Below, piece by piece: positions 49,639 to 59,403 of a stretch of 64,000 bases of DNA. Position 1 is the stretch's first letter; each line of letters begins with the position of its first letter. This DNA comes from an uncultured Acidobacteriota bacterium. Its GTDB lineage: Bacteria; Actinomycetota; Acidimicrobiia; Spongiisociales; ZC4RG35. Made by a program: the position numbers and the translations under genes. The notes under the pieces are model-generated. The model saw only the letters and a list, made by a program, of their open reading frames with translations. It did no database searches and was not told the DNA's origin. The stretch covers positions 384,001-448,000 of the forward strand of contig CAWHEU010000022.1 in NCBI GenBank assembly GCA_963828465.1, given 5' to 3'.

Positions 49639-51672
49639 ATGAATGACAAATCAGACTCAAACCCAGGTGACATAGAACAGATCCGTGACGACATAGACCG
49701 GATCGACGCGGACATCCTCAAGCTCCTCGCGGAGCGGAAGGCGCACAGCCTTCGCATCGCCAAAGAGAAGGGGATCCACGACCGACCCTCCCGGGACCAG
49801 TCGAGAGAAGAGGGCCTCATCTCCGACCGCATCGCGGCCGGGATGGAGCACGATCTCGACTCGGGTCTGGTGAATCGTGTCTGGAGGGAGATCGTCAACG
49901 ATTCGGTGCGGATCCAACAGGAGTATCTCGGCCGCGCCGAGCGGCCCCGCCAGACGATGACCGTGGCCATTCAGGGCATCGAGGGCTCGTACAGCCAGCT
50001 CGCCTCCCAGCAGTTCTTCGACCACAAGGGGATGTCGGTCAACTACCTGCGTGCCCCGACATTCGCCGCGGCCATAGCGGCCGTGCAACGACAGGATGCC
50101 GACGTGGCGGTTCTCCCCATCGAGAACACCACCTCAGGTGCCATCTCGGAGGTCTACGACCTGCTGTTGGAGAGCAGGCTCGATTTCGTCGGTGACGTCC
50201 GTTTCCGAATTCGCCACTGCCTCCTCGGCATCGAAGGCGCCTCGATCTCCGAGTTGCGTCGGATCTACTGCCATCCCCAAGCGGTGGCCCAGTGCTCAGA
50301 GTTCTTGGCCCAGCTCGACCATTGCGAGATCGTCTACTTCTCTGACACCGCCCTCTCCGGGCAGAAGATCCGCGAGTTGGGAGATCCGACGATCGCCGCG
50401 ATCGCCAGCGAGGAAGCAGCGCGTCTTTTCGGCCTCGATGTGTTGAAGACGGGCATCGCCAACAGGGACGAGAACTTCACGCGGTTCGTGGTGGTCGCTG
50501 CTGAGCCGGCGGACGTGCCCGAGGGGGTCGCGGCGAAGACATCGATCGTGATGGCGGTAGGCAACCATCCCGGAGCTCTCATGGAAGCTCTGGCCGTGTT
50601 CCACGACGCCGACATCAACCTCGTCATGCTCGAGTCCCGGCCGATTCCCAACAACCCGCGGGAGGAGCTGTTCTACCTCGACTTCGATGGCAAAATCTCG
50701 GAGCCTGCCGTGCAGGCGGTCCTGGAAACACTCATGCGCCAGGTCCGGTTCCTGAGGGTGCTCGGCAGCTATCCGTCGAGTGACCTCCGGCCTAAGCCCA
50801 TCGAGCGCAAGATGACGAAGGTGAAGCCTAAGGGTCGATCGGCCCTCACCGACCTGTCGCCGACTGCTGCCAGCCCCAAGGGCTACAAGCTGGGGAGCCG
50901 GGGTCACAAGGAGCAGAACACCGTCGTCGAGGTCGCCGGAGTGAAGATCGGGGGAGATGACCTCGTGGTGATCGCCGGGCCCTGCGCCGTCGAGTCCTGG
51001 GATCAGGTGATGACCGCGGCCAAGGCAGTGAAGGAGAGCGGCGGCTCCATCCTTCGTGGGGGATGCTTCAAGCCTCGGACGTCGCCGTACTCGTTCCAGG
51101 GCCTGGCCTACGAGGGTCTCGAGATGCTGGTCGAGGCCGGCAAGGCCTACGGGCTTCCCGTGGTCACCGAGGTGGTCTCACCGGAGGACGTGGAAGGTGT
51201 GGCACGGAAGGCAGACATCCTCCAGATCGGCACCAGAAACATGCAGAACTTCTCCCTGTTGTCGGCGGCGGGTCGAGCTCATCGCCCCGTGATGCTGAAA
51301 CGGGGGATGAGCTCTTCTCTCGACGAGCTGTTGCAGGCGGCCGAATACATCCTGTCCGAGGGGAACCAGCAGGTGTTCCTCTGCGAGAGGGGCATCCGGA
51401 CCTTTGAAACGTCGACCCGGAACACCCTCGACCTGAGCGCCGTGCCGGTACTCCGGCAGCGGACGCATCTACCGATCATCGTCGATCCGTCGCATGCGGC
51501 GGGGGATCGTGACCTCGTGGCGCCCTTGGCGCTTGCGGCTCAGGCGATTGGCGCCCACGGGATCATGGTGGAGATCCACCCCGACCCGGACAATGCCCTC
51601 AGCGACGGCCCGCAATCGCTTCGATTGGATCAGTTCCAGGACCTGATGCTGGCGCTGGGCTTCGGAGGCTAG
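49639..51672 (+). CDS. Trifunctional chorismate mutase - prephenate dehydratase(ACT) - DAHP synthase (type I-beta)
   Basis: [19 protein letters not shown] (AroQ); [34 protein letters not shown] (PDT/ACT); [34 protein letters not shown] (DAHPS). Confidence 0.92.
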   Translation: MNDKSDSNPGDIEQIRDDIDRIDADILKLLAERKAHSLRIAKEKGIHDRPSRDQSREEGLISDRIAAGMEHDLDSGLVNRVWREIVNDSVRIQQEYLGRAERPRQTMTVAIQGIEGSYSQLASQQFFDHKGMSVNYLRAPTFAAAIAAVQRQDADVAVLPIENTTSGAISEVYDLLLESRLDFVGDVRFRIRHCLLGIEGASISELRRIYCHPQAVAQCSEFLAQLDHCEIVYFSDTALSGQKIRELGDPTIAAIASEEAARLFGLDVLKTGIANRDENFTRFVVVAAEPADVPEGVAAKTSIVMAVGNHPGALMEALAVFHDADINLVMLESRPIPNNPREELFYLDFDGKISEPAVQAVLETLMRQVRFLRVLGSYPSSDLRPKPIERKMTKVKPKGRSALTDLSPTAASPKGYKLGSRGHKEQNTVVEVAGVKIGGDDLVVIAGPCAVESWDQVMTAAKAVKESGGSILRGGCFKPRTSPYSFQGLAYEGLEMLVEAGKAYGLPVVTEVVSPEDVEGVARKADILQIGTRNMQNFSLLSAAGRAHRPVMLKRGMSSSLDELLQAAEYILSEGNQQVFLCERGIRTFETSTRNTLDLSAVPVLRQRTHLPIIVDPSHAAGDRDLVAPLALAAQAIGAHGIMVEIHPDPDNALSDGPQSLRLDQFQDLMLALGFGG

Positions 51673-51676
51673 AAAC

Positions 51677-52291
51677 TCAAGAGGAGACGTCGACCGTTGT
51701 GGGCAGCCACGCTGGTCGCGCCTCCTCGTGGGAGGCGATCAGGTCGTCGTGGCTCATCGTGACTCCGATCCCATCGAGCCCGGTCAGAAGTCGCTCCTTG
51801 GCGGTCGGGTTGAATTCGAAGTGCTCTTCGAGTCCGTCGGCTGTCACGGTTTGGCTCTCCAGATCGATGCTGACCTCTGCAGTTGGGTCAGAAGCCATCT
51901 CGATCAGGCGGGTGACCGCATCCTGGGGCAACTCGACGACCACGAGACCGACATAACTCGAGTTGTTGCGAAAGATGTCGGCTGCCGAGGCGGTGATGAC
52001 CGCCTCGAAGCCCCATTGTTGGATTGCCCACGGGGCGTGCTCACGTGATGAGCCGCACCCGAAGTTCGGTCCTGTGACCAGCACGCGGGCTCCACGGCGG
52101 GCGGGATCGTTGAGGACGAAGTCGGAGCTCGGCGTGCCGTCGTCGGTGTGGGCCCAGTTGTAGAAGAGGAACTCCCCATAGCCATCCCGTTCGATCCGCT
52201 TCAGGAACTGCTGGGGGATGATCTGATCTGTGTCCACGTCGCCGCGGTCGAGGGGCAGCATCGTGCCGGTGATCGTGGTGACCGGCTTCAC
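51677..52291 (-). CDS. leuD: 3-isopropylmalate dehydratase small subunit
   Basis: [28 protein letters not shown]. Confidence 0.95.
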   Translation of the reverse strand: MKPVTTITGTMLPLDRGDVDTDQIIPQQFLKRIERDGYGEFLFYNWAHTDDGTPSSDFVLNDPARRGARVLVTGPNFGCGSSREHAPWAIQQWGFEAVITASAADIFRNNSSYVGLVVVELPQDAVTRLIEMASDPTAEVSIDLESQTVTADGLEEHFEFNPTAKERLLTGLDGIGVTMSHDDLIASHEEARPAWLPTTVDVSS

Positions 52292-53694
52292 GAGTCCTCC
52301 CATTCCCTGACATCGACGAAATGGCCCGCTACAGCAGCCGCAGCCGCCATTGCGGGGCTGACGAGATGAGTCCGGGCCCCACGGCCCTGACGCCCTTCGT
52401 AGTTCCGATTGGAGGTCGAGGCGCATCGCTCCCCGGCCGGGATGACATCGGGGTTCATCGCCAGGCAGCTCGAGCAGCCGGCGTCCCTCCATGAGAACCC
52501 GGCCGCCTCGAAGACCTCGTGGAGACCCTCGGACTCGGCTTGGGCTTTGACCTGCATCGATCCCGGAACAACCACGGCGCTCACGCGTGAGTCGACTCTG
52601 CGGCCCTCGACAACCTTGGCAGCGGCGCGGAGGTCTTCGATCCTCCCGTTCGTGCAAGAGCCAAGGAATACGTGGTCGACCGCGATGTCGAGGATGGGCG
52701 TCCCCGGTCTCAGGGCCATGTACTCGAGGGCGCGAACGGCAGCGTCCCTCTGCAGGGGGTCGTCGTAGGAGTCCGGGGACGGAACCGACCCGGTGACCGG
52801 GACAGTCTGGGCCGGGTTGACCCCCCAACTGACGTGAGGGACAAGACGGGAAGCATCGAGGACCGCCACCTTGTCGAAGACTGCATCCGGATCGGTGACC
52901 AGGCTCTCCCAGGCCGACACCGCCTCGTCCCACTGGGCGCCCTTCGGCGCGAAGGGTCGACCCTCGATGTACCGGATCGTGGTCTCGTCGGGGGCGATCA
53001 TCCCGGCCCGGGCTCCACCCTCGATCGACATGTTGCAGATAGTCATTCTCTGCTCCATGGACAGGTCGTGTATCGCCTTGCCCCGGTACTCGATGACATG
53101 TCGGGTTCCCCCGGACACGCCGATCTGGGCGATGATCCCCAGGATCAAGTCCTTGGCGGCGACGCCCCAGGGCAGGTCGCCCTCGACCTCGACCGCCATC
53201 GACTGCGGTTTGGCCTGCCAGATCGTCTGGGTGGCGAGGACGTGCTCGACCTCTGTGGTGCCGATCCCGAAAGCGAGGGCGCCGAAAGCTCCATGGGTCG
53301 AGGTGTGGCTGTCACCACACACGACGAGCAGCCCGGGTTGGGTCAGACCCTGCTCGGGACCGACGACATGGACGATTCCCTGTCGCGGGTCGTCGAGGCC
53401 GAACATCGTGATGCCGTGGTCCTTGCAGTTCTGGACGAGAGCATCGATCTGCCGCTTGGAGAGGGGGTCGCGAATCCCGAGGGAGCGACCGGTGGTGGGG
53501 ATGCCATGGTCAACCGTGGCCACCGTCAGGTCGGGTCGTCTCACGGTCCTTCCCGACTGGTTGAGACCGGCGAATGCTTGTGGGGAGGTGACCTCGTGGA
53601 CGAGATGCAGATCGACGTAGAGCAGTGTCGGATCTGCGTCGATCACTATGTGGTCGTCCCACACCTTCTGAAAAAGCGTGCGCGGCGCGGTCAT
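52288..53694 (-). CDS. leuC: 3-isopropylmalate dehydratase large subunit
   Basis: [41 protein letters not shown]. Confidence 0.96.
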   Translation of the reverse strand: MTAPRTLFQKVWDDHIVIDADPTLLYVDLHLVHEVTSPQAFAGLNQSGRTVRRPDLTVATVDHGIPTTGRSLGIRDPLSKRQIDALVQNCKDHGITMFGLDDPRQGIVHVVGPEQGLTQPGLLVVCGDSHTSTHGAFGALAFGIGTTEVEHVLATQTIWQAKPQSMAVEVEGDLPWGVAAKDLILGIIAQIGVSGGTRHVIEYRGKAIHDLSMEQRMTICNMSIEGGARAGMIAPDETTIRYIEGRPFAPKGAQWDEAVSAWESLVTDPDAVFDKVAVLDASRLVPHVSWGVNPAQTVPVTGSVPSPDSYDDPLQRDAAVRALEYMALRPGTPILDIAVDHVFLGSCTNGRIEDLRAAAKVVEGRRVDSRVSAVVVPGSMQVKAQAESEGLHEVFEAAGFSWRDAGCSSCLAMNPDVIPAGERCASTSNRNYEGRQGRGARTHLVSPAMAAAAAVAGHFVDVREWEDS

Positions 53695-54770
53695 GCCGGG
53701 GTCCCGGCCTTCTCGGGCTCGGCGACGAGCGAGGCGACCCGGTCGCCGACCTCGGAGGTGCTGATTCCCATCTCACCGGCGCGAAGGGAGGGAAGGGAGC
53801 CGGCCACCTCACCGACTGCGTTCTCGACGGCGTCGGCCGCCGCGCCCTCGCCGAGGATCCGAAGCATCATCCCTGCGGCTCCAATGGCGGCGAGCGGGTT
53901 GATCAGCCCTGTTCCCTCGAACCCAGGGGCGGTGCCGCCGATCGGCTCGAACATGGAGACACCGTTGGGGTTGATGTTGGCCCCGGAAGCGATGCCGAGA
54001 CCGCCCTGGATGGCGGCTGCCAGGTCGGTGATGATGTCGCCGAACATGTTGTCGGTCACGATGACGTCGAATCGGCCGGGGTCCTCGACCATCCAAAGAC
54101 ACGCCGCATCGACGTGTGCGTAGGACGTCTCGACATGCGGATACTCGGCGCCCACCTCATGGAACACTCTCGACCACAGATCCCATGCATAGGTGAGGAC
54201 ATTGGTCTTCCCACAGAGGGTGATGTGTCGCCTGGGCCGACTCCCGGCGAGGTCGAACGCGTATCGGATGCAGCGCTCGACGGCGAACCGGCTGTTGACC
54301 GACTGCTGCACAGCCACTTCGAATGGGGAGCCTTTGGCGGTGAACTCACCCTGGCCGGCATAGAGACCCTCGCTGTTCTCCCTGACCACCACGAAATCGA
54401 CGTCCTCAGGCCGGACGTCGCGGAATGGGCCTTTGACTCCTGGATGGAGCTTCACGGGACGCAGGTTGATGAACTGGTCGAGCTCCCGACGCATCCTCAG
54501 CAGGATGTCCTGCTCGAGGACACCGGGCGGCACCTGTGGATGGCCGACGGCGCCGAAGAGAATGGCGTCGGCGCCGCCCAGGGCCTGGAGGTCCGCCCCG
54601 GTGAGGGTTTCATTCGTCCTCAAGTAGCGCTCGCCACCGAGGTCGAGGTCGTTGTATTCGGTCTCGAAGCCGTGGACTTCAGCAGCGACGTCTAGGACCT
54701 TCACCGCCTCGCCGACTACCTCGGGGCCGGTCCCGTCGCCGGGGACTCTCGCTATGGAATAGCTGCTCAT
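53691..54770 (-). CDS. leuB: 3-isopropylmalate dehydrogenase
   Basis: [34 protein letters not shown]; position within the leu operon. Confidence 0.92.
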   Translation of the reverse strand: MSSYSIARVPGDGTGPEVVGEAVKVLDVAAEVHGFETEYNDLDLGGERYLRTNETLTGADLQALGGADAILFGAVGHPQVPPGVLEQDILLRMRRELDQFINLRPVKLHPGVKGPFRDVRPEDVDFVVVRENSEGLYAGQGEFTAKGSPFEVAVQQSVNSRFAVERCIRYAFDLAGSRPRRHITLCGKTNVLTYAWDLWSRVFHEVGAEYPHVETSYAHVDAACLWMVEDPGRFDVIVTDNMFGDIITDLAAAIQGGLGIASGANINPNGVSMFEPIGGTAPGFEGTGLINPLAAIGAAGMMLRILGEGAAADAVENAVGEVAGSLPSLRAGEMGISTSEVGDRVASLVAEPEKAGTPA

Positions 54771-55963
54771 TCGAACGAGGCCGTGACCCCGTCCAGTACC
54801 TCGATCCCGGCGACGACCTCCTCGACGATGGCCCGGATCTGATCCGGGGTCACCTCGCCGGAGCGGTCGGCCACCTCCTTCATCCGGGTGAAGGAGGTCT
54901 CGAAGACGGCGTCGCTGACCTCGATGCCGGCCTGATCCAACGCGTGCCTGAAGGCGGCGCGGCCGGAGTGCTTGCCGATCACGATCACGGAACTGCCCAT
55001 GCCTACTGCCACCGGGTCCATTATCTCGTATGTGGTGCGCTCCCTGAGCACGCCGTGCTGATGGATCCCCGACTCGTGGGCGAAGGCATTGCGCCCGACC
55101 ACGGCCTTGTTGAACTGGATGGGGTAGCCCGTCTGCTCCGAGACCAGTCTCGATGTCTCGTAGATCTCCTCTGTGGTGACTCCGACTCCGACGCCGTACG
55201 CGTCGGCACGTACGCGCAACGCCATGACCACCTCCTCTATCGAGGTGTTGCCGGCCCGTTCGCCTATCCCGTTGATGGCGCCCTCCACCTGTCGCGCCCC
55301 GGCCTCCACGGCGGCGAGGGAGTTGGCTACGGCCAGGCCGAGGTCGTTGTGGCAATGGGTCGATACGACCACGTCCTCGCGACCCGCCTTGACCTCCTCG
55401 ACGATGCGTCGGATCAGGATGCCGTAGTCGTTCGGGGTCGCGTAACCCACCGTGTCGGGGATGTTCACGGTGGTGGCACCCGCTTCGACGGCCGCCTGGC
55501 AGACGGCTACGACGAATGAGGGATCAGATCGGGTCGCATCCTCCGGCGAATACTCGACGTTCTCGGTGTAATCGCGGGCGCGCGCCACATTGGCCTTGAC
55601 CGTCGCGAGCACCTCTTCCTCGTTCATGCGGAGCTTGTGCTGCATGTGGATGGGTGAGGTGGCCAGGAACACGTGGATCCGGGGGTCGGCAGCGTCACGA
55701 ATCGCCTCCCAGGCACGGTCCACGTCCTCGGCCTGGGCACGAGCCAGGGCGGCGATGGTTGGGCCTTGCACTTCCTGGGCGATCCGGGTCACGGCCCGGA
55801 AGTCCCCGGGCGAAGAGATGGGAAACCCGGCCTCGATGATGTCGACCCCGAGACGCGCCAGCTGGGTGGCGATCGCAACCTTCTGGTCGGGGTCGAGGGC
55901 GATACCGGGCGCCTGTTCGCCGTCTCTGAGTGTGCTGTCGAAAATCCTTACTCGGTCTTCCAT
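54767..55963 (-). CDS. leuA: 2-isopropylmalate synthase, short form lacking the C-terminal regulatory domain
   Basis: FDSTLRDGEQAPG, HCHNDLG, GIGERAGN, HESGIHQHG, GKHSGR; ends at 398 aa. Confidence 0.92.
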   Translation of the reverse strand: MEDRVRIFDSTLRDGEQAPGIALDPDQKVAIATQLARLGVDIIEAGFPISSPGDFRAVTRIAQEVQGPTIAALARAQAEDVDRAWEAIRDAADPRIHVFLATSPIHMQHKLRMNEEEVLATVKANVARARDYTENVEYSPEDATRSDPSFVVAVCQAAVEAGATTVNIPDTVGYATPNDYGILIRRIVEEVKAGREDVVVSTHCHNDLGLAVANSLAAVEAGARQVEGAINGIGERAGNTSIEEVVMALRVRADAYGVGVGVTTEEIYETSRLVSEQTGYPIQFNKAVVGRNAFAHESGIHQHGVLRERTTYEIMDPVAVGMGSSVIVIGKHSGRAAFRHALDQAGIEVSDAVFETSFTRMKEVADRSGEVTPDQIRAIVEEVVAGIEVLDGVTASFE

Positions 55964-56023
55964 TGTGTCTCCTGAATCTCGTGGTCTCGTCGGGGCGCCG
56001 GTCTGCCCGGTGGGGCGTTCCGG

Positions 56024-56092
56024 CTAGATAAGAGCGAGGCCGAGAAGGCTCAGGGGAGCCAGGAGACGAAGGGAAAGGGCGGCGCGGGTCAT
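56024..56092 (-). CDS. Leu-rich leader peptide of leuA (MTRAALSLRLLAPLSLLGLALI); LEU-element-like
   Basis: Nine Leu in 22 aa; ATG overlaps the ilvN stop; internal GTCTCCTG is complementary to the leuA RBS region CAGGAGAC. Confidence 0.8.
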   Translation of the reverse strand: MTRAALSLRLLAPLSLLGLALI

Positions 56093-56598
56093 CTTCCCAC
56101 TCCTGCCGTCACCGGGGCCGGGCTGAGCTCCGACTCCCGTTTCATCGCGATGCGGCCCGACTTGACCAGGTCGATGACGCCGTAGGGGCCGAGATGCTCG
56201 AGGAAGGTTCTGAGGTGTTGGGGCGTACCCGCCACCTCGAAGGTCATCGCCGAAGAGCTGATATCGATGACCCTGGCGTCGAACAACGAGGCCGTGTCGC
56301 GGACTTCGCCCCTCGTCGCTGGCTGGGCGCTGATCCGGACGATCATCACTTCTCGTTCGAGTGCCTCTGCCGGCTCCATCTCCTGGACCTTGATCACGTT
56401 TACCAGCTTGTTGAGCTGCTTCTTCAGCTGCTCGAGCTCTGGTGCATCGACGACGAGCGTGATTCGGGATCGCCCATCCTGATGGGTCGGCCCCACCGCC
56501 AGTGAATGGATGTTGAAGGCGCGGTTGGCGAACATTGCCGAAATCCGGGCCAGTACCCCGGGCTTGTCCTCGACGAGCACTGTGAGGGTGTGCTGCAT
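56089..56598 (-). CDS. ilvN: Acetolactate synthase small (regulatory) subunit
   Basis: LVEDKPGVLARI..FNIHSLAVG..KQLNKLVNVIKV. Confidence 0.95.
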   Translation of the reverse strand: MQHTLTVLVEDKPGVLARISAMFANRAFNIHSLAVGPTHQDGRSRITLVVDAPELEQLKKQLNKLVNVIKVQEMEPAEALEREVMIVRISAQPATRGEVRDTASLFDARVIDISSSAMTFEVAGTPQHLRTFLEHLGPYGVIDLVKSGRIAMKRESELSPAPVTAGVGR

Positions 56599-58319
56599 CA
56601 GAGCTCGTCTCGTCGCATTACGACACGGTCGTTCGAGCCGCCGGCGGGGACCATCGGGAAGCACATCTCCTCGCCGTCGACCACGACTTCGAGGACCACG
56701 GGGCGGTCGTTGACGGACAAAACCTTCTCGATCGCATTGTCGATCTCAGCCGGATGGTCGACCCTGAGGCCGACACAACCCATCGCCTCTGCCAGCTTGG
56801 GGTAATCGGGATAGGTGAACCCGAGGTCGACGGCCGAGAGGCGGCCGCCATAGAAGAGGTTCTGCCACTGCTTCACCATCCCGTAACCGCCGTTGTTGAA
56901 GACGATGATCTTGACCGGGATCTCCTCGGTAGTGGCGGTGATCAGCTCCTGGCAGGTCATCTGGAAGCAGCCGTCGCCGTCGAGGGCGATGACCAGGTCG
57001 TCTGGTCGGGCCGCCTTGGCACCAACCGCTGCCGGAACTGCGAATCCCATCGTCCCCAGACCGCCTGAATTGACCCAGGATCTCGGCTCACGGAAGCCCC
57101 AGAACTGGGAGGCCCACATCTGGTGCTGGCCGACCCCGGCGGCGACCACGGCATCTCCACCGGTGATCGAGTAGAGCCTCTCGATGAAATGCTGGACCTT
57201 GATCGGCCCATCCGGGTCCTGCTCATAGGCGAGCGGGTACTGCTCCTTCCACCTGCCGAGCTGGGCGAACCAATCATCCCGGGCCGGGGAATCGGCCACA
57301 TCGCGTCGAGCGCGGAGACCAATCAGCAGATCGTTCAGGACCGAACGGGCGTCGCCGACGATGGGGACGTCGGCTGCCCGCACTTTGCCGATCTCGGCGG
57401 GATCCACGTCGACATGAATGATCTTGGCATCGGGGGCGAAGGCGTTCGGGTCGCCGGTGACCCGGTCGTCGAATCTCGCACCGAGGCTCACCAGGACGTC
57501 GGATTTCTGAATGGCGGTGGTGGCGGTGTAGAGCCCGTGCATGCCCGGCATCCCCAGGGCGAGTGGATGGTCGTCGGGGAAGGCGCCACGGGCCATCAGG
57601 GTCGTGACGACGGGGGCGTTGACGGCCTCGGCGAAGGCGAGCAGCTCGGGGGCGGCCCCGGCCTTGATCACCCCACCGCCGACGTAGAGCACCGGTCGCT
57701 CCGCCTTTTCGATCATGTCGAGAGCGGCCCGGATCTGCATCGGGTGCCCCGAGACGGTCGGCTTGTAGCCGGGGAGATTGTTCAGATGTGGTTCCCGCCA
57801 GGTGGTGACCTGGTTGAGGACGTCCTTGGGGATGTCGACGAGGACCGGCCCTGGCCGTCCGGTGGAGGCGAGGTGGAAGGCCTCGTGGATCAGGTTCGGG
57901 ATGTCGTCGGCATCGGTCGCCATGTATGAGTGTTTGGTGCAATGCATGGCGAGTCCGGTGGTGTAGGCCTCCTGGAAGGCGTCGCTCCCGATCGCCGATG
58001 TGGGTACTTGCCCGGTGATGGCGACGATCGGTGTCGAATCCATCAGGGCGTTCTGCAATGGAGTGATCAGATTGGTCGCTCCGGGCCCGGAGGTAGCCAT
58101 CACCACGCCCACCAGTCCAGTGGCCTGGGCAAAGCCCTCGGCCATGTGCCCGGCGCCCTGCTCGTGCCGGGCCAGCACATGCCTTATTGGACTGTCAAGG
58201 AGGGGGTCGTAGGCGGGGAGAATGGCACCTCCGGGCACGCCGAAAATGATCTCGACCCCTTCGTACTCCAAGCTACGAAGGAGTGAGTGTGATCCGGTGA
58301 AGTTGGTTGGTTCTGTCAT
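56598..58319 (-). CDS. ilvB: Acetolactate synthase large subunit
   Basis: FGVPGGAILP, RHEQGAGHMA, GVGQHQMW, DGDGCFQM..NN ThDP motif. Confidence 0.95.
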   Translation of the reverse strand: MTEPTNFTGSHSLLRSLEYEGVEIIFGVPGGAILPAYDPLLDSPIRHVLARHEQGAGHMAEGFAQATGLVGVVMATSGPGATNLITPLQNALMDSTPIVAITGQVPTSAIGSDAFQEAYTTGLAMHCTKHSYMATDADDIPNLIHEAFHLASTGRPGPVLVDIPKDVLNQVTTWREPHLNNLPGYKPTVSGHPMQIRAALDMIEKAERPVLYVGGGVIKAGAAPELLAFAEAVNAPVVTTLMARGAFPDDHPLALGMPGMHGLYTATTAIQKSDVLVSLGARFDDRVTGDPNAFAPDAKIIHVDVDPAEIGKVRAADVPIVGDARSVLNDLLIGLRARRDVADSPARDDWFAQLGRWKEQYPLAYEQDPDGPIKVQHFIERLYSITGGDAVVAAGVGQHQMWASQFWGFREPRSWVNSGGLGTMGFAVPAAVGAKAARPDDLVIALDGDGCFQMTCQELITATTEEIPVKIIVFNNGGYGMVKQWQNLFYGGRLSAVDLGFTYPDYPKLAEAMGCVGLRVDHPAEIDNAIEKVLSVNDRPVVLEVVVDGEEMCFPMVPAGGSNDRVVMRRDEL

Positions 58320-58331
58320 GGTGTCGGGTAA

Positions 58332-58357
58332 CAAAAAACCCTCCGGGGTGGAGGGTT
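58332..58357 (-). terminator. Intrinsic terminator of the ilvB attenuator
   Basis: Minus strand AACCCTCC-acccc-GGAGGGTT followed by a T run, just before the ilvB start. Confidence 0.82.
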
Positions 58358-58384
58358 GAGCGCACGCAGGTCTGTTTGCGCGCG

Positions 58385-58432
58385 CTACACGATAAGAAGG
58401 AGTACGTCGGCGGCGGCAAACAACTGTCTCAC
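58385..58432 (-). CDS. ilvB leader peptide (MRQLFAAADVLLLIV)
   Basis: GTG start; ends in six consecutive Val/Leu/Ile codons; followed by a hairpin and the terminator; TTGACA upstream at 58468-58473. Confidence 0.8.
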   Translation of the reverse strand: MRQLFAAADVLLLIV

Positions 58433-58527
58433 GTGTGGATTCCAAGTAAACAACCTGCCCGTACGCATGTCAAGAACATCGGGCGTTCCCTGCCCTCCCT
58501 GAACCTTTCTGGCGGCAAAATGGGGGC

Positions 58528-59403
58528 ATGCGTGAGTACGGGGCGGTGGAGATTGGGGGAACCAGGACGTCGTGCGCCGCTGGCTCGTCACCGGATGACA
58601 TGTCGAAGAAAGTCACCTTTCCCACGACCGAGCCGGCGGAGACCCTTGGGAGGGTGGTCGAGTTCCTGCGGGAGCTGGCACCCGAAGCGATCGGGATCGC
58701 TGCATTCGGGCCGCTGGGCCTTGTCGGCGGTCGTATCGGGGTAACACCCAAGGAGGGCTGGTCGGGGACAGACCTTGTCGGTCCGGTGAGGAATGCGATC
58801 GATGTCCCGATCGGCCTGGACACCGATGTCAACGGCGCAGCGCTCGGCGAGGGCCGGTGGGGCGCCGCCCGGGGGTTAGCCACTTTTGTCTATGTCACCG
58901 TCGGCACCGGGATCGGCGGCGGTGCTCTGGTCGATGGTGAGCCGATCCACGGGCTGGGGCATCCCGAGATGGGCCACATCTCGGTGCGACGTCAGCCAGA
59001 CGATGACTATCCCGGCATCTGCCGCCTCCATGGGGATTGTCTCGAAGGACTGGCCAGCGGACCGGCGATCGAGGGGCGGTCGGGGATCCGGGGAGAAGCT
59101 CTATCGGGATCCGATCTGGCGACGGCCGTCGAGATCGAGGCCTTCTATCTCGCCCAGATGGTCCGGAACCTGGTGTACATCCTGGCTCCGGAACGAGTGA
59201 TAGTGGGCGGGGGAGTTTCACATCTCCCCGGCCTGATCGACCGGGTCAACGAGAGTTTGATCGACGAGTTGTCCGGCTACCCGGGGCTCGCCGAGCACGA
59301 ATCAGGGTTCGTAGTTCCGCCCGGGCTGGGCGACATGTCCGGTTTGGCCGGAGCATTGGTCCTCGCCGCGCGAGCCTTCGATCGGGCTATGTCGTCCGAG
59401 TGA
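58528..59403 (+). CDS. ROK-family sugar kinase (fructokinase-like)
   Basis: EIGGT, DTDVNGAALGE, TVGTGIGGG, HPEMGH, C..HGDCLEG.ASG. Confidence 0.9.
   Translation: MREYGAVEIGGTRTSCAAGSSPDDMSKKVTFPTTEPAETLGRVVEFLRELAPEAIGIAAFGPLGLVGGRIGVTPKEGWSGTDLVGPVRNAIDVPIGLDTDVNGAALGEGRWGAARGLATFVYVTVGTGIGGGALVDGEPIHGLGHPEMGHISVRRQPDDDYPGICRLHGDCLEGLASGPAIEGRSGIRGEALSGSDLATAVEIEAFYLAQMVRNLVYILAPERVIVGGGVSHLPGLIDRVNESLIDELSGYPGLAEHESGFVVPPGLGDMSGLAGALVLAARAFDRAMSSE

Noticed and set aside
55964-56600. Missing ilvC as a pathway gap
   Set aside because: ilvC is often located elsewhere; absence from one window is uninformative.
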